Assembly: GCA_030390025.1 (NCBI GenBank)
Contig: CM059430.1
Coordinates: forward strand, 61,442,001-61,506,000
Reading direction: 5' to 3'
Source: Squalus acanthias
Taxonomy: Eukaryota
Length of the DNA stretch: 64,000 bases
Shown here: in pieces, positions 26,134 to 39,100 of the stretch
Position numbering within the stretch: position 1 is the first letter of the stretch
Layout: each line of letters begins with the position of its first letter
Notes under the pieces: model-generated
The model's input: the letters and a program-made list of their open reading frames with translations, nothing else
Databases searched by the model: none
What the model was told of the DNA's origin: nothing
Made by a program: the position numbers and the translations under genes

Positions 26134-28212
26134 CCAGGGAAGTCAGGAAATCAATAGTGATAGGGGATTCAAAAGTTAGGGAATCAGACAGGCATTTCTG
26201 CAGCCGTAGATGTGATTCAAGGATAATATTTTGCCTCCCTGGTGCCAGGGTCAAGGATGTCACTGAGCGGCTGCAGGACATTCTTAGGGAGAAGGGTGAC
26301 CAGCCAAAGGTCGTGGTCCATATCAGTACCAATGACATAACTAGAAAGAGGGATGAGGTCCTGCACGCAGATTTTAGGGATCTAGGTAAAGATTAATAAG
26401 CAGGATCTCAAAGGTTGTAATCTCCGTATTACTCCTGCTGTCACACAGTAGTGAGTACAGGAATAGGAGGAAGGAGCAGATGAATGCGTGGCAGGCGAGA
26501 TGGTGCAGGTTGGAGGGCTTTAGATTCTTGAGGCATTGGGGCTAGTTCTGGCGTGGGTGGGACCTGTACAAGCCAGATGGGTTGCAACTCATCAGGGTTG
26601 GGACCAATATACTTGCGGGTTTCGGGGGTGGGGGGTGGGGGGTGTTGCTGGTGCTGTTGGGGCGGTTTAAAGTTGCTTTGCAAAGGGATCGGAACCTGAG
26701 CGTAGATTCAGAATGGAGAGAAGCAAAGCTGGAAATGGTTGGCTGAAAAATAGTAAGCGAGTTTGGAATGCAGAGGAAACAAAGGCTAAAAAATAGACAA
26801 CAAGGGAGTTCGGCCTAATGGTATATACTGCACTGCAAGGAGTGTAGCGAATACAGGAGATGAGCTGAGGGCACAGTTCGAAGTGGAAGTGGAAGTATGA
26901 TATCATAGCTATTCCTGAAACATGGTTTAAAGGAGGGCAGGAATGGCGGCACAGCATTCCTGGTTACAGTGTGTTCAGATGAGATAGAAAGGGGGATAAA
27001 AAAGGAGGGGAGGTTTCGCAATATTGGTTAAACAAAGAATTACAGCTGTGAGGAGGGCTGATATATTAGAAGTGTCATTAAATGGGTAGAACTGAAGAAC
27101 AAACAGGTTCAATCACAATGCTGGGAGTGTACTATAGACCCCCAAACAGTCAGAGGGAGATAGAAGAGCAAATGCGTAGGCAAATTTCTGAGAAGTGCAA
27201 GAACAATAGGGCAGTGATAGTAGGTTATTTCAAACACCCTAATATTAACTAGGATAGAATCAATGTAAAAGATACAGAGGACGTAGGATTCTTAAAATGC
27301 ATTCATGCAAATTTTTTTTAGCCAGTACGTAGCAAGCCCAACAAGAGAGGAGGCAGTTCTGGACGTAGTTTTAGGAAATGAAGCTGGGCAGGTGGAAAGG
27401 GTATCAGTGGGAGAACATTTTGGTGGTAATGATCATAATTTAGTTAGATGTAGCGTAGTGATGGAAAAGGACAGAGATAGAGTTCTCAATTGGGGAAAGG
27501 CCAATTTTACGAAGCTGAGACGTGATTTAGCAAAAGTGGATTGGAAACAACAACATGAAGGTAAATCAGTGTCAGACCAGTGGGAGGCATTCAAGGAGGT
27601 GATAGTGAGGGTACAGAGCAAATATGTTCCCACAAAGATAAAGGGTGGGATTCCCAAATCTAGAGAACCCTGGATTTCAAGGGGCATACAGGTTAGGATA
27701 AGGAAAAAAAGGGAAGCTTTTGTCAGCTCCGAGAGCTCAATACTGCAGAAAGCCTAGAGGAGTATAGAAAGTGCAGGGGTGAAATTAAAAGCAAAATTAG
27801 GAAAGCAGAGAGAGGGAATGAAAAAATATTGTCGAGTAAAATCAAGAAAAACGCAAAGATGTTTTATAAATGCATAAGGAGCAAATGGATAACTAAACTC
27901 TAGTGAATACAGGCCTAGTCGACCCAATCTCTTATGTTTCTATGTTTCTATTTAGACTTAAATGTAGGTGGCATGATTTAGAAGTTTGCAGATGATACAA
28001 AAATTGGTCGTGTAGTTGATTGGGAGGAAGAGAGCTGTAGAATTCAGGAAGCTATCAGTGGATTGGTCAGGTGGGCAGAAAAGTGGCAAATGGAATTCAA
28101 TCCAGAGAAGTGTGAGATAATGGATTTGGAGAGTGCTAACAAGGCAAGGGAATATGAAATAACTGGTAGGGTATTGAGAAGTGTAGATCAACAGAGGGAC
28201 CTTGTAGTGCAT

Positions 28213-31200
28213 GTCTTTTTTTATTCGTTTATGGGATGTGGGCGTCGCTGGCAAGGGCAGCATTTATTGCCCATCTCTAATTGCCCCTGAGAAGGTGGTA
28301 GGAGGTAGTCATTGCCTGGCACTTCTATGGCCCGAATGTTACCTGCCACTTATCAGCCCAAGCCTGAACGTCGTCCAGGTCTTGTTGCATGCGGGCATGG
28401 ATTGCTTCATTATCTGAGGAGTTGTGAATGGCACTGAACGCTGTGCAGTCATCAGCGGTCATTCCTATTTCTGACCTTATGCTGGAGGGAAGGTTATTGA
28501 TGAAGCAGCTGAAGATGGTTGGGCCTAGGACACTGCCTGAGGAACTCCTGCAGCGATGTCCTGGGGCTGTGATGATTGACCTTCAATCACCACAACCATC
28601 TTCCTTTGCACTAGGTATGACTCCAGCCAGTGGAGCATTTCCCCCCTGATTCCCATTGACTTCAGTTTTAGTAGGGCTCCTTGATGCCACACTCGGACAA
28701 ATGCTCCCTTAATGACAAGGGCAGTCACTCTCACCTGACCTCTGGAATTCAGCTCTCTTGTTCATGTTTGGAACAAGGCTGTAATGAGATCGGGAGCTGT
28801 GTGGTCTTGGAGGAACCCAAAATGGGCATGAGTGAGCAGGTTATTGGTGAGTAAGTGCCACTTGATAGTACTGTTGATGACACCTTCCATCACTTTGCTG
28901 ATGATTGAGAGTAGACTGATGGGGTGGTAATTGGCTGGATTGGATTTGTCCTGCTTTTTGTGGACAGGACATACCTGGGCAGTTTTCCACATTGTCGGAT
29001 AGATGTCAGTGTTGTAGCTGTACTGCAACAGCTTGGCTAGATGCGCGGCTAGTTCTGGAGCACAAGTCTTCAGCACGATAGCCGGGATGTTGTCAGGTCC
29101 CATAGCCTTTCCTGTATCTAGTGTGCTGTGCCGTTTCTTGATATCACGTGTAGTGGATCGAATTGGCTGAAGACTGGCTCCTGTGATGGTGGGGACCTCA
29201 GGAGGAGGCCGATATGGATCATCCACTTGGCACCTCTGGCTGAAGATAGAAACATAGAAACATAGAATCTAGGAGCAGGAGTAGGCCATTCGGCCCGTCG
29301 AGCCTGCTCCACCATTCAATACGATCATGGCTGATCATCCAAATCCAGTACCCTGTCCCTGCTTTAATCCCCACAGTACACATATCCCACCCTACCCCCG
29401 TAACCCCACGTATTTAATTCCCCCTAACATATCCCATCCTATCCCCATAAGCCCACATATTTAATCCCCCCTAACACTAAGGGTCAATTTATCATAGCCA
29501 AATCAACCTAACCCGCACATTTTTGGACTGTGGGAGGAAACCGGAGCACCCGGAGGAAACCCACGCAGACACGGGGAGAATGTGCAAACTCCACACAGAC
29601 AGTCAACCGAGGTCAGATTCGAACCCAGGTCCCTGGCGCTGTGAGGCACCAGTGCTAACCACTATGCCACCGTGGTTGCAAACGCTTCAGCCTTGTCCTT
29701 TGCACTCACGTGCTGGGCTCCACCATCATTAAGGATGGGGAGAATCATGGATCCTCCTCCTCCCGTTAGTTGTTTAATGGTCCACCACCATTCACGACTG
29801 GATGTGGCAGGACTGCAGAGCTTTGATCTGATCCGTTGATTGTGGGATCACTTAGCCTTGTCTATAGCAAGCTGCGTCCGCTTTTTTAGCATGCATGTAA
29901 TCCTGTGTTACAGCTTCCCCAGGTTGGCACCTCATTTTTAAGTACGTCTGGTGCTGCTCCTGGCATGCTCTTCTACATTCCTTATTGAACCAGTGTTGGC
30001 TCCTGGCTTGATGGTAATGTTAGGGCGAGGGATATACTGGGCCATGAGGTTACAGATTGTGGTGGAATACAATTCTGCTGCTGCTGATGGCCCACAGCGC
30101 CTCATGGATGCCCAGTTTTGAGCGGCTAGATCTGTTCTGAATCTATTTCATTTAGCACGGTGGTAGTGCCACACAACACGATGGAGGGTGTCCTCAGTGT
30201 GAAGATGGGACTTCGTCTCCACAATGATTGTGCGGTGGTCATTGCTACCAATACTGCCATGGACAGATACATCTGCGACAGGTAGATTGGTGAGGACGAG
30301 GTCAAGTAGGTTTTTCCCTCATGTTGGTTCTCTCACAATCTGTCGCAGGCCCAGACTGGCAGCTATATCCTTCAAGACTCGAGCTACTCTTGGTGATAGA
30401 CATTGAAGTCCCCCACCGAGAGTAAATTCTGTGCCCTTGCTACTCTCAGTGCTTCTTCCAAGTGGTGTTCAACATGGCGGAGTACTGGTTCATCAGCTGA
30501 GGTAGGACGGTAGGTGGTAATCAGCAGGAGGTTTCCTTGCCCATGCTGACCTGAAGACATGAGACTTCATGGGGTCCAGCATCAACGTTGAGGACTCCCA
30601 GGGCCGCTCCTTTCCGACTGTATACCACTGTGCCACACCCCTGGTGGGTCTGCCTGCCAGTGAGACAGGACATGCCCAGGGATGGGGATGGATGAGTTTG
30701 CGACATTGACTGAAAGGTATGATTTTGTGAGTATGACTGTCTCTGACGTCTGTGGGACAGCTCTCCCAATTTTGGCACTAGTCCCCAGATGTTGGTGAGG
30801 AGAACTTTGCTGGATTGAATGGGTGGTTGTGCCGTTGCCTTGTCCATAGCCACTGCCGAGATCGATGCCGGGTGGTCCGTCTGATATCATTCTTATTATT
30901 TTGTTACAACTGAGTGGTTTGCTAGGCCATTTCAGAGGGCAGTTAAGTGTCAACCACATTGCTGAGTCACATATAAGCCAGACCAGGTAAGGATGGCAGA
31001 TTTCCTTCCCAAAAGGACATTAGTGAACCAGATGGTTTTTTAGGACAATCCGACAGATACTAATACTATCTTTTTATTCCAGATTTAGAATTGAATTCAA
31101 ATTCCCCAGCTGCCATAGTGGGACTTGATCTCACGTCTCTGGATCATTAGTCCAGGCCTCTGGAATACTAGATCAGTGACATTACCACCACGCTAACATT
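28213..31200 (-). mobile_element. Family-B LINE, including 5' region, internally deleted
   Basis: Reverse complement of the family-B tail at 28213-28300; minus-strand ORFs GPDNIPAIVLKTCAPELA, HPISLLSIISKVME and LLTNIWGLVPKLGELSHR. Confidence 0.88.
29248..29673 (-). mobile_element. HE1-type V-SINE (tRNA-derived head, V domain, CR1/HER1-like tail)
   Basis: Minus strand: GGTGGCATAGTGGTTAGCAC (A box)...GGTTCGAATC (B box); V-SINE core TGTGTGGAGTTTGCACATTCTCCCCGTGTCTGCGTGGGTTTCCTCCGGGTGCTCCGGTTTCCTCCCACAGTCC; CR1 tail ending (TTCTATGT)n; interrupts the family-B LINE. Confidence 0.9.
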
Positions 31201-32366
31201 CCCTGCTGATCCCTGAAGGTAGCAGGATGGTTCGATAAGGTGGTTAAGAAGGCATACGGTATACGTTCCTTTATTAGCTGAGGCATAGAATATAAGAGCA
31301 GGGAGGTTATGCTAGAACTGTATAAAACAATAGTTAGGCCACAACTTGAGTTCTGTGTACAGTTCTCTTCACCACATTACAGGAAAGATGTGATTGCACT
31401 AGAGAGGGTACAGAGATTTACAAGGTTGTTGCCCGGACTGAAGAATTTTAGCTGTGAGGAAAGATTGGATAGGCTGGGGTTGTTGTTTTTTGGAACAGAG
31501 AAGGCCGAGGGGAGATTTAATTGAGATATATAAAATTATGAGGGGCCTCGACCGAATGGATAGGAAGGACCAATTTCCCTCAGCCGAGAAGTCAATAACC
31601 AGGGGGCATAGATTTAAAGTAATTTGTAGGAGGATTAGAGGGGAGTTGAGGAGAAGCTTTTACACCCAGAAGTGGGTGAGGGTCTAGAACTCATTACATG
31701 AAAGGGTGGAAGATGCAGAAGCCCTCATTGCATTTAACAAGTACTTGGACATGTACTTGAAGTGCCGTAGTCTGCAAGGCTACGGACCAAGAGTTGGAAA
31801 GTGGAATTAGGCTGGATAGCTCCTTTTCGGCCAGCATAGACACGCTGAATGGCGTCCTTCTGTGCCATAAATGTTTATGATGCTTTGATTCTAAGTTATA
31901 GCTGACCAGGAGAACGGCCACTGAATTTAATGGGATACTTTAATATGCATAACATTTTAGTTGTGGAAACCACAGTCACAATGTTACTACTCACGTGGCC
32001 TGTCCCTCATTTGTGTTGTCTAAGCAGTTCACAACAGAGAACAACATTTCATAATAAATGTCATGACTATCATGAAATAAATATTTGAGAATTCAATCTC
32101 AAATTTATTTCAGTCTTTTGGAAAAATCAACGCAATTCTCAAACCCTCAGGACACAAGGGACATATCCTCTACCCTTCAGTTCCAAATGATCCACAAGCA
32201 GTATGTTGGGACATTCTGCAAACTGGGTATGCTCCAAATACTCAAATTGCATGCTGTAAAATTATGTAAATTACAGAAACTGGGAACGCCCCCTCCAACT
32301 GCTGTGTGATAAACACACATCCAGTCGAAGTCTAAGCTTTTGAGACAGGTTGAGACCTTGAAACAA

Positions 32367-33757
32367 CAGTGGTAGGAAAAATAATGGAATCACTACTAAA
32401 GGAGAAAGTAGAAGAAAATCTAGAAACCAAAAGTATAATAAGGAATAGTCAGCATGGATTTCAAAAGGGAAAGTCTTGCTTGACCTATCTTATTGAATTT
32501 TTGAAGAGGTAACAGAGAGAGAGTAGACAATGATAATGCAGTAGATGTAATTTATCGAGATTTTCAAAAGACCTTCGATAAGGTACCCCATAATAGATTG
32601 ATGAACAAGGTCAGATAATGCGGAGTCAGGGGACAAGTCATAGAATGGATAGCTAGCTGGCTTCATGACAGAAAGCAGAGAGTGGGGGTTAAGGGTAGTT
32701 ATTCACAGAGCCAGAAGGTGGGTAGTGGTGTTCCACAAGGATCAGTGCTGGGACCACTTTTGTTCACAATTTACATTAACGATTTAGACTTTGGAATCAA
32801 AAACACAATTTCTAAATTTGAGGATGACACCTAATTGTGTGTGTGGGGGGGGGGGGGGATAGTCAATACTGAGGAGGACTGCAACAAATTACAGGAGGAC
32901 GTTAATAAACTTGCAGAATGGGCATATAATTGGCAAATGAAGTTCAACACAAATAAATGTGAGGTATTACATTTTGGTAGGAAGGATAGGGAGGTCACTT
33001 GTCACTTGGAGCGTGCGAGTCTAGGTGAGGTAGAGGAACAAAGGGATCTCGGAGTACAAATACAGAAATCACTAAAGGTTGTGACACAGGTTAGCAAGGC
33101 CATAAAAAAACCAAACCAAGCACTAGGGTTTATTTCTAGAAGGATAGAATTGAAAAGTAGGGATTTTATGCTAAACCTGTATCGAGCCTTGGTTAGACCA
33201 CACTTAGATTACAGTTCTAGTCGCCATATTATAAAAAAGGATATGGAGGCACTGGAGAGGGTGTAGAGAAGATTTAAAAGGATGATACCAGAATACGAGG
33301 GTATACACATCAGGAAAGGATGAACAGGCTGGGTCTCTTTTCTGTTGAAAAAAGAAGGTTGAGGGGTGACCTCATTGAGGTCTTTAAAATAATGAAAGGT
33401 TTTGATAGAGTGGATACAGAGAGAGTGTTTCCACTTGTGGGGAAGAGCTTAACTAAAGGCCATCAATATAAGATAGTCACCAAGAAATCCAATAGGGACT
33501 TCAAAAGAAACTTCTTTACGCAGAGAGTGGTGAGAATGTGGAACTCCCTACCACAGGGAGTGGTTGAAGCGAATAGTATAGATGCATTTAAGGGGAGGCT
33601 AGACAAGCATATGAGGGAGAAGGGAATATAGGGTTCTACTGATAGATTTAGATGAGGAAAGACGAGAGGAGGTTCAAGTGGAGCATAAACGCCGGCATGG
33701 ACTGGTTGTGCCGAATGGCCTATTTCAGTGCCGCATATGATATGTAAACCTATGTAA
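32367..33757 (+). mobile_element. 5'-truncated CR1 LINE (RT)
   Basis: QHGFQKGKSCLT, QGSVLGP, WQMKFNTNKCEVLHFG, NFFTQRVVRMWNSLP; tail. Confidence 0.9.
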
Positions 33758-34086
33758 CGACTTTAAGGATTTTTTAAAAAGACACAAAAGCAAATTGACT
33801 GTTTAAACAATAGCCACTTTATGTGATTATCATTTCATTTGTCCTAATAACGATACAGAAAAAACAATCCAAAGTTCATGTGCTATTATATAAATTGTTT
33901 TGCTCATTGAAAATTCATAAATGATTAAAAATTAATAACTGCCAATGCATTCTACAATACAATGCTAAAATAGGCGAGGCCTCAGATGAATGGTAATATT
34001 ATAATTACATAACATGCAGATATGATAGTGCAGTACCATCAATATAAATCGGGATAAAATAGCTTCCGTATCTAAACTTTTACCCA

Positions 34087-35872
34087 CTACTTGGTTCTTG
34101 TTTCTCTGTAGACGGCTTCTGTTACTCGTCTTTGGATTTTTGCCTGTAGCTCTGAATGCTCTGTGCTTCTTTCGTTATTTTTAGATATCCCCGTATTCCC
34201 GGAGACAGTCAAGTCTAGATTCACGTACATCGACTTGTGACACAGTTTGGAAATATTATTACTTGATTGTTTTATTGCTTTGTGGATTACTGACAAAACA
34301 TCCATCAGCTTGAGATGCAATGCACGCTCAAAGTCAGCACAAGTCGAAATAGTCCGGTTTCGCTTAAATGCTTACACCGCACGGATGCTCTGCGTCTGCT
34401 TCTCGGTCATACTTAAAAGTACACATTTCGTCTCCTCATCATTCTTAGGTCTTGGAGCTTGGCTTAGTCTGATCGAATTGAATGCTTTGTGCTGCTCCCT
34501 GCATGGGCTGTAATGAAAGCATTTTGTTATGTGGTTTATTCACTGTCTGCACCAGTTTACATAATTCTGGGCAAACATTGATCAGAATGACGGGGCTACA
34601 AATAAAGTGCAGAAACCATAGTTGATACATTTAAATAGGCGCGAAAGTCAAGGCCGATATCTAGTGCCCTCACTATAACTGATATTTCAACTGTCAATGT
34701 TCACGCTGCACATACAGTGTTATAACCGTGTTTAGATGAGCGACAACTTCAGAACATATTTGCATAATGTTATATTCCACCTACAAGATTTGAGGAACTA
34801 TTAAATAGTTATTCTCTAGTTATTAAAAGTACATTTTTAAGAAACGTAATTTAGATTTTGTACTTTTTAGCCATTAGCAGCAAGAATGCACCGGGTGCCA
34901 TATATTTTTTCTTAAGTGCGATTTGAATCGCTAAAGAGGGACAAGTGTTTTTACGAAATAGATTTAAAGTGTTCTGACATAATTATAATGAAACCTCTTC
35001 ACTGTAAAAAAAAGTTTTCACATTTGATTCCTCTGCCTGGTTGAAAGATGGATACATGTCAGTTACCTTCAGGTCCCGTTAGACTTTCTTGGGAATCAAT
35101 GGAATTTAATTAAGTAAATAATTGGAACAAAAGCAAACTACTGCGGATGCTGGAAATCCGAAATAAAAACTGAAAATGCTGAAAATACTCAGCAGGCCAG
35201 GCAGCATCTGTAGAGAGAGAAACAGAGTTAACGTTTCAGGTCGCTGACCCTCGAAGCGTTAACTCTGTTTCTCTCTCTACAGATGCTGCCTGACCTGCTG
35301 AGTATTTCCAGCATTTTCTGTTTTTTATTTAAGTAAATAATTGGAATGGTGACTCAGTTTTCATGCCCGGGATTTCAAAGACATTTATAGTGTCACTGTA
35401 AAACCTTGCATCATTTTCAATATCACATTTATCCGACACCATTTGGAATCCCATCCCCTGTAATGATCTGTAATCACATGCAGCCATTCCGAGCTTCACA
35501 CAAACTAGTTACAGATCGCAATGGACTGATACTAAAACTGACGACGTGAAAAAGGCAGATTTCAGATATCAACTACTGCAAAATGTACATTTCTATTATA
35601 AATAGTTGATATTCCGACCCATTTATAATATTATTCTGTGAGAATCACTGCACTTCAAAATCCCTAACTTAATGCTGCTTTCGGCAATAGACAATCGCAG
35701 AGCCACTCATTCCCTCTTCATTTTTGAAAAGAAACAACAGTAAAGGTAAAAACTTTGCTTCATTATTTCTTAAAGCGGTATCGCATCCCAGTGATGATCA
35801 TAATCACTAGAAATGCCGATCTAGAAAATGTATTCCCAGAAACCCTGACATACGAAAGCTTACCGCTGCAAT
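34087..35872 (-). pseudogene. Inverted pseudogene paralog of the ITIM receptor (TM and three cytoplasmic exons)
   Basis: TM-like 35872-35758 (DCSGKLSYVRVSGNTFSRSAFLVIMIITGMRYRFKK*); cyt1-like about 35095-35057 (ESLTGPE then GTAAC); cyt2-like 34498-34413 after CCCATGCAG|GGAGCAGC; last exon ...MYVNLDLTVSGNTGISKNNERSTEHSELQAKIQRRVTEAVYRETRTK*. Intron blocks also match 57000-57390. Splice sites are mutated or deleted. Confidence 0.88.
35128..35328. mobile_element. Penelope-derived foldback element with 18-bp TSD
   Basis: TTAAGTAAATAATTGGAA at 35110-35127 and 35329-35346; the interior is a long inverted repeat. Confidence 0.85.
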
Positions 35873-36109
35873 CCAGGATCGTAGTATGACACAGCACAGC
35901 ACAGAATGAGGTCGTTCGGCCCTTTGTGTCTGTGCCGACTCTTTTGTAGAGCTATCCAATTAGTCCCGCTCCCCTGCACTTTCCCCATAGCCGTGTAAGA
36001 TTTCCCTTCAATCATTTATCCATTATCTTTTGAAAGTTACTATTGAATCTGCTTCACCACCCGTTCAGGCAGTGCATTCCAGATAGTAACAACTCTCTGT
36101 GTAAAACCA

Positions 36110-39100
36110 GGGGCCTGTGAGTGCAGCCTGCACTGAGTGCAGTGAGCACAGAGTGAACAACTGAGAGTTTGGTTAGTGTGGGAGTGTTAAAGGGTTAATC
36201 TCTTCTAAAATCTAATGTTAATTGCTAGTAGCTCTTAAGTAAGATCAACTGTTTAAGTTTAAATTTAAACTTTAAATTTTTAAGCTTCTTCAGGCTGAAG
36301 CAGAGACAAAAAAGCAAGCTCTCCTGCTGGAGAACAGCTGTAGTTAATTAGTTAGCTAACTGGATTAAAATGGTTCCTGAAACACTAGCAGAGCAGTGCT
36401 GACTCATCTGAGTCATAAAAAGTATAAACACAGAGGCCTGTGAGTGCAGCCAGTACTGAGTGCAGTGAGCACAGAGTGAACAACTGGAGTGTTTGGTAAT
36501 TGTGGGAGTTCGGTAAAGTGGAGGAAGGAGGTCCTTGCTTTTCCTAACGTCTCCCGCAGAGCGGCGGCGGTGGACCTAAAAGGGAGCAGACCAAGGCCCG
36601 AGAGCGGGGATAAAAGCAGCAGCAGATCTGCATGAACAAGAGAAAACGGCAGTTTGACGTCACAGGTAAGGCAGGTAAGTGATTGGTAGTGACTGTGGGC
36701 TAAGTTTTAAGTTAACATGTAACATAGAATTAAATTTAAAAAACGAAACTTAATTTAATTAATTTAATAAACTAAACGAGGTAAATAATTTGATTAACAC
36801 TAAACTAATTAATTAAATAAGTAAAATAATGGGTGAACAGGAGATGTGTTGCTGCTGCAATATCTGGGAGCTTGTGGACAATTTTGTCCAGGGTGATTAC
36901 ATCTACGGTAAGTGTCTGCGGCTTGAGGAACTTCAGCTCCGAGTTGAGGAGCTGGAGTCAGAGCTGCAGACATTGCGAGACATCAGGGAGGGAGAAAGTG
37001 ACCTGGACCGTTTGCTCCAGGAGGCAGCCACACCCCTTAGATTAAATATTTTAGAATTGACACTTGGTCAGGGACCATAGGGTGTGACTGCGAGTGAGGC
37101 AGGTACGGGAATCCAGGAGGTAGTATTGCTGGAGCCTCAGTCCCTCCACTTGAACAATAGATTTGAGGTTCTTACAACCCCTGTGGACATGTGCGGGGAC
37201 TGCGGGGATGACGAGCAAACTGACCACGGCACCGTGATACAGGAAGCCATTCAAGTGGCGGGAGTAAAAAGGAAGGTGTTTGTAGTAGGCGACAGTATAG
37301 TTAGGGGAATAGACACAGTTCTCTGCAGCCAGGAGCGTGAGTCCCGAATGCTATGTTGCCTACCCAGTGCCAAGGTAAAATACATCTCCGCCGGGCTGGA
37401 GAAGAACTTGGTGTGGGAGGGTGAGGATCCAGTTGTCGTGGTTCAAGTAGGTACCAATGACATAGGTAGGACAAAGAAAGAGGTTCTGCTGAGAGAGTTT
37501 GACAGGCTCGGGACTAAGTTACAAAGCAGAACCACAAAGGACATAATTTCTGCTTTATTACCTGAGCCATGAACAAATTGGCATTGGGTCAATAGGATCA
37601 GGGAGATGAATGCCTGGATCAAAGATTGGTGTGGGAGAAGTGGGTTTCGATTCGTGGGGCACTGGCACCAGTACTGGAGTAAGAGAGAGCTGTTCCGTTG
37701 GGACGGACAACACATGAGCCATGCTGGGACCAGAGTTCAAGCGAATCAAATAACTCGGGAGGTAGATAGGGCTTTAAACTAAATAACGGCAGGGGGAGCG
37801 TCCCGGTGGAGAGAAATCTAGAATGCTAAAGAGAAAAGACAAGGAAGCAGTGCAGGAAAGTGATTGGGGTAAGGATAACCAGATTTTGTCAGGAAAGGAC
37901 AGAGCGTAGAAACAAAGGAGTGCACTAACAAATAGGATCCGGGTAAGGAAAAAATGGTAGTAAGACAAATAGGGCCATAGTACAATTTTAAAAAAAAATG
38001 TCTATAAATATTAAGACAAATCTAAAGGCACTGTATCTGGATGCATGAAACATTCGTAATAAGGCAGACTAATTAACAGTGCAAATAGATGTAAACGGAT
38101 ACGATATAATTGCGATTCCGGAGACATGGCTGCAGGGTGACCAAGGCTGGGAGCTGAATATCCAAGGATATTCGATATTTAGGAAGGACAGGCAAAAAGG
38201 AAAAGGAGGTTGGGGTGGCGTTGTTAGTAAAGGATGAAATCAGAGCAATAGTGAGAAAGGATATTGGCTTAGAAAATCAGGATGTAGAATCAGTCTGGGT
38301 GGAGCTAAGAAGCACCAAGCGGCAGAAAACATTGGTGGGAGTTGTCTATCGGCCTCCAAACAGTAGTGGTAATGTAGGGGATGGCCTCAAACAGGAAATT
38401 AGAGATGCATATAACAAAGGTACTACAGTAATCATGGGTGACTTTAATGTACACATAGACTGGCCAAACCAAGTGAGCAATAATACTGAGGATGATAAAT
38501 TCCTGGAGTGTGTACGAGATGTTTTTTTTTAGACCAGTACATTGAGGAGCCAACTAGGGAACAGGTATTGTGCAATTAGAAGGGGTTAAATAATAATCTT
38601 GTTGTGCGGGGTCCTTTAGGGAAGAGTGACCATAACATGAAAGAATTCTTCATTAAGATGGAAAGTGAAGAAGTCGAATCCGAAATAGGGACCTAAATCT
38701 AAATCTAAATAAACTACGAAGGTATGAGGAGTGAGTTGCCTATGATAGATTGGGGAGCTTCATTAAAAGGCATGATGGTGGATAGACAATGGCTAACATT
38801 TAAGGAACGAATCCACGAATTGCAACTGTTATACATTCCTTTCTGGCACAAAAACACAAAAGGAAAAGCGGCCCAACCATGACTAACAAAAGAAATTAAG
38901 GATAGTATTCGATCCAAAGAGGAGTCATATAAAGTTGCCAGAAAAAGTAGCAAGCCTGAGGATTGGGAGCAGTTTAGAGATCAGCAAAAACGGAACAATA
39001 GATTGATTAAGAGGGAAAAATAAAGAATGAGAGTAAACTTGCAAGGAACATAAAAGCGGATTGTAAAAGCTTCTACAAGTATGTAAAAAGAATAAAGATT

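Larger units (their letters stand above)
24100..31880 (+). mobile_element. Older CR1 LINE split by nested insertions
   Basis: ORF1 CxxC...CRTCHQLQELEL (24266-24430); esterase VIGDS...STND resumes at about 26135; APE about 26800-27890; RT pieces at 27955-28212 and 31206-31880. Confidence 0.8.

Noticed and set aside
29595-29673. tRNA gene
   Set aside because: A and B boxes belong to the head of an HE1-type SINE and run directly into the V-SINE core.
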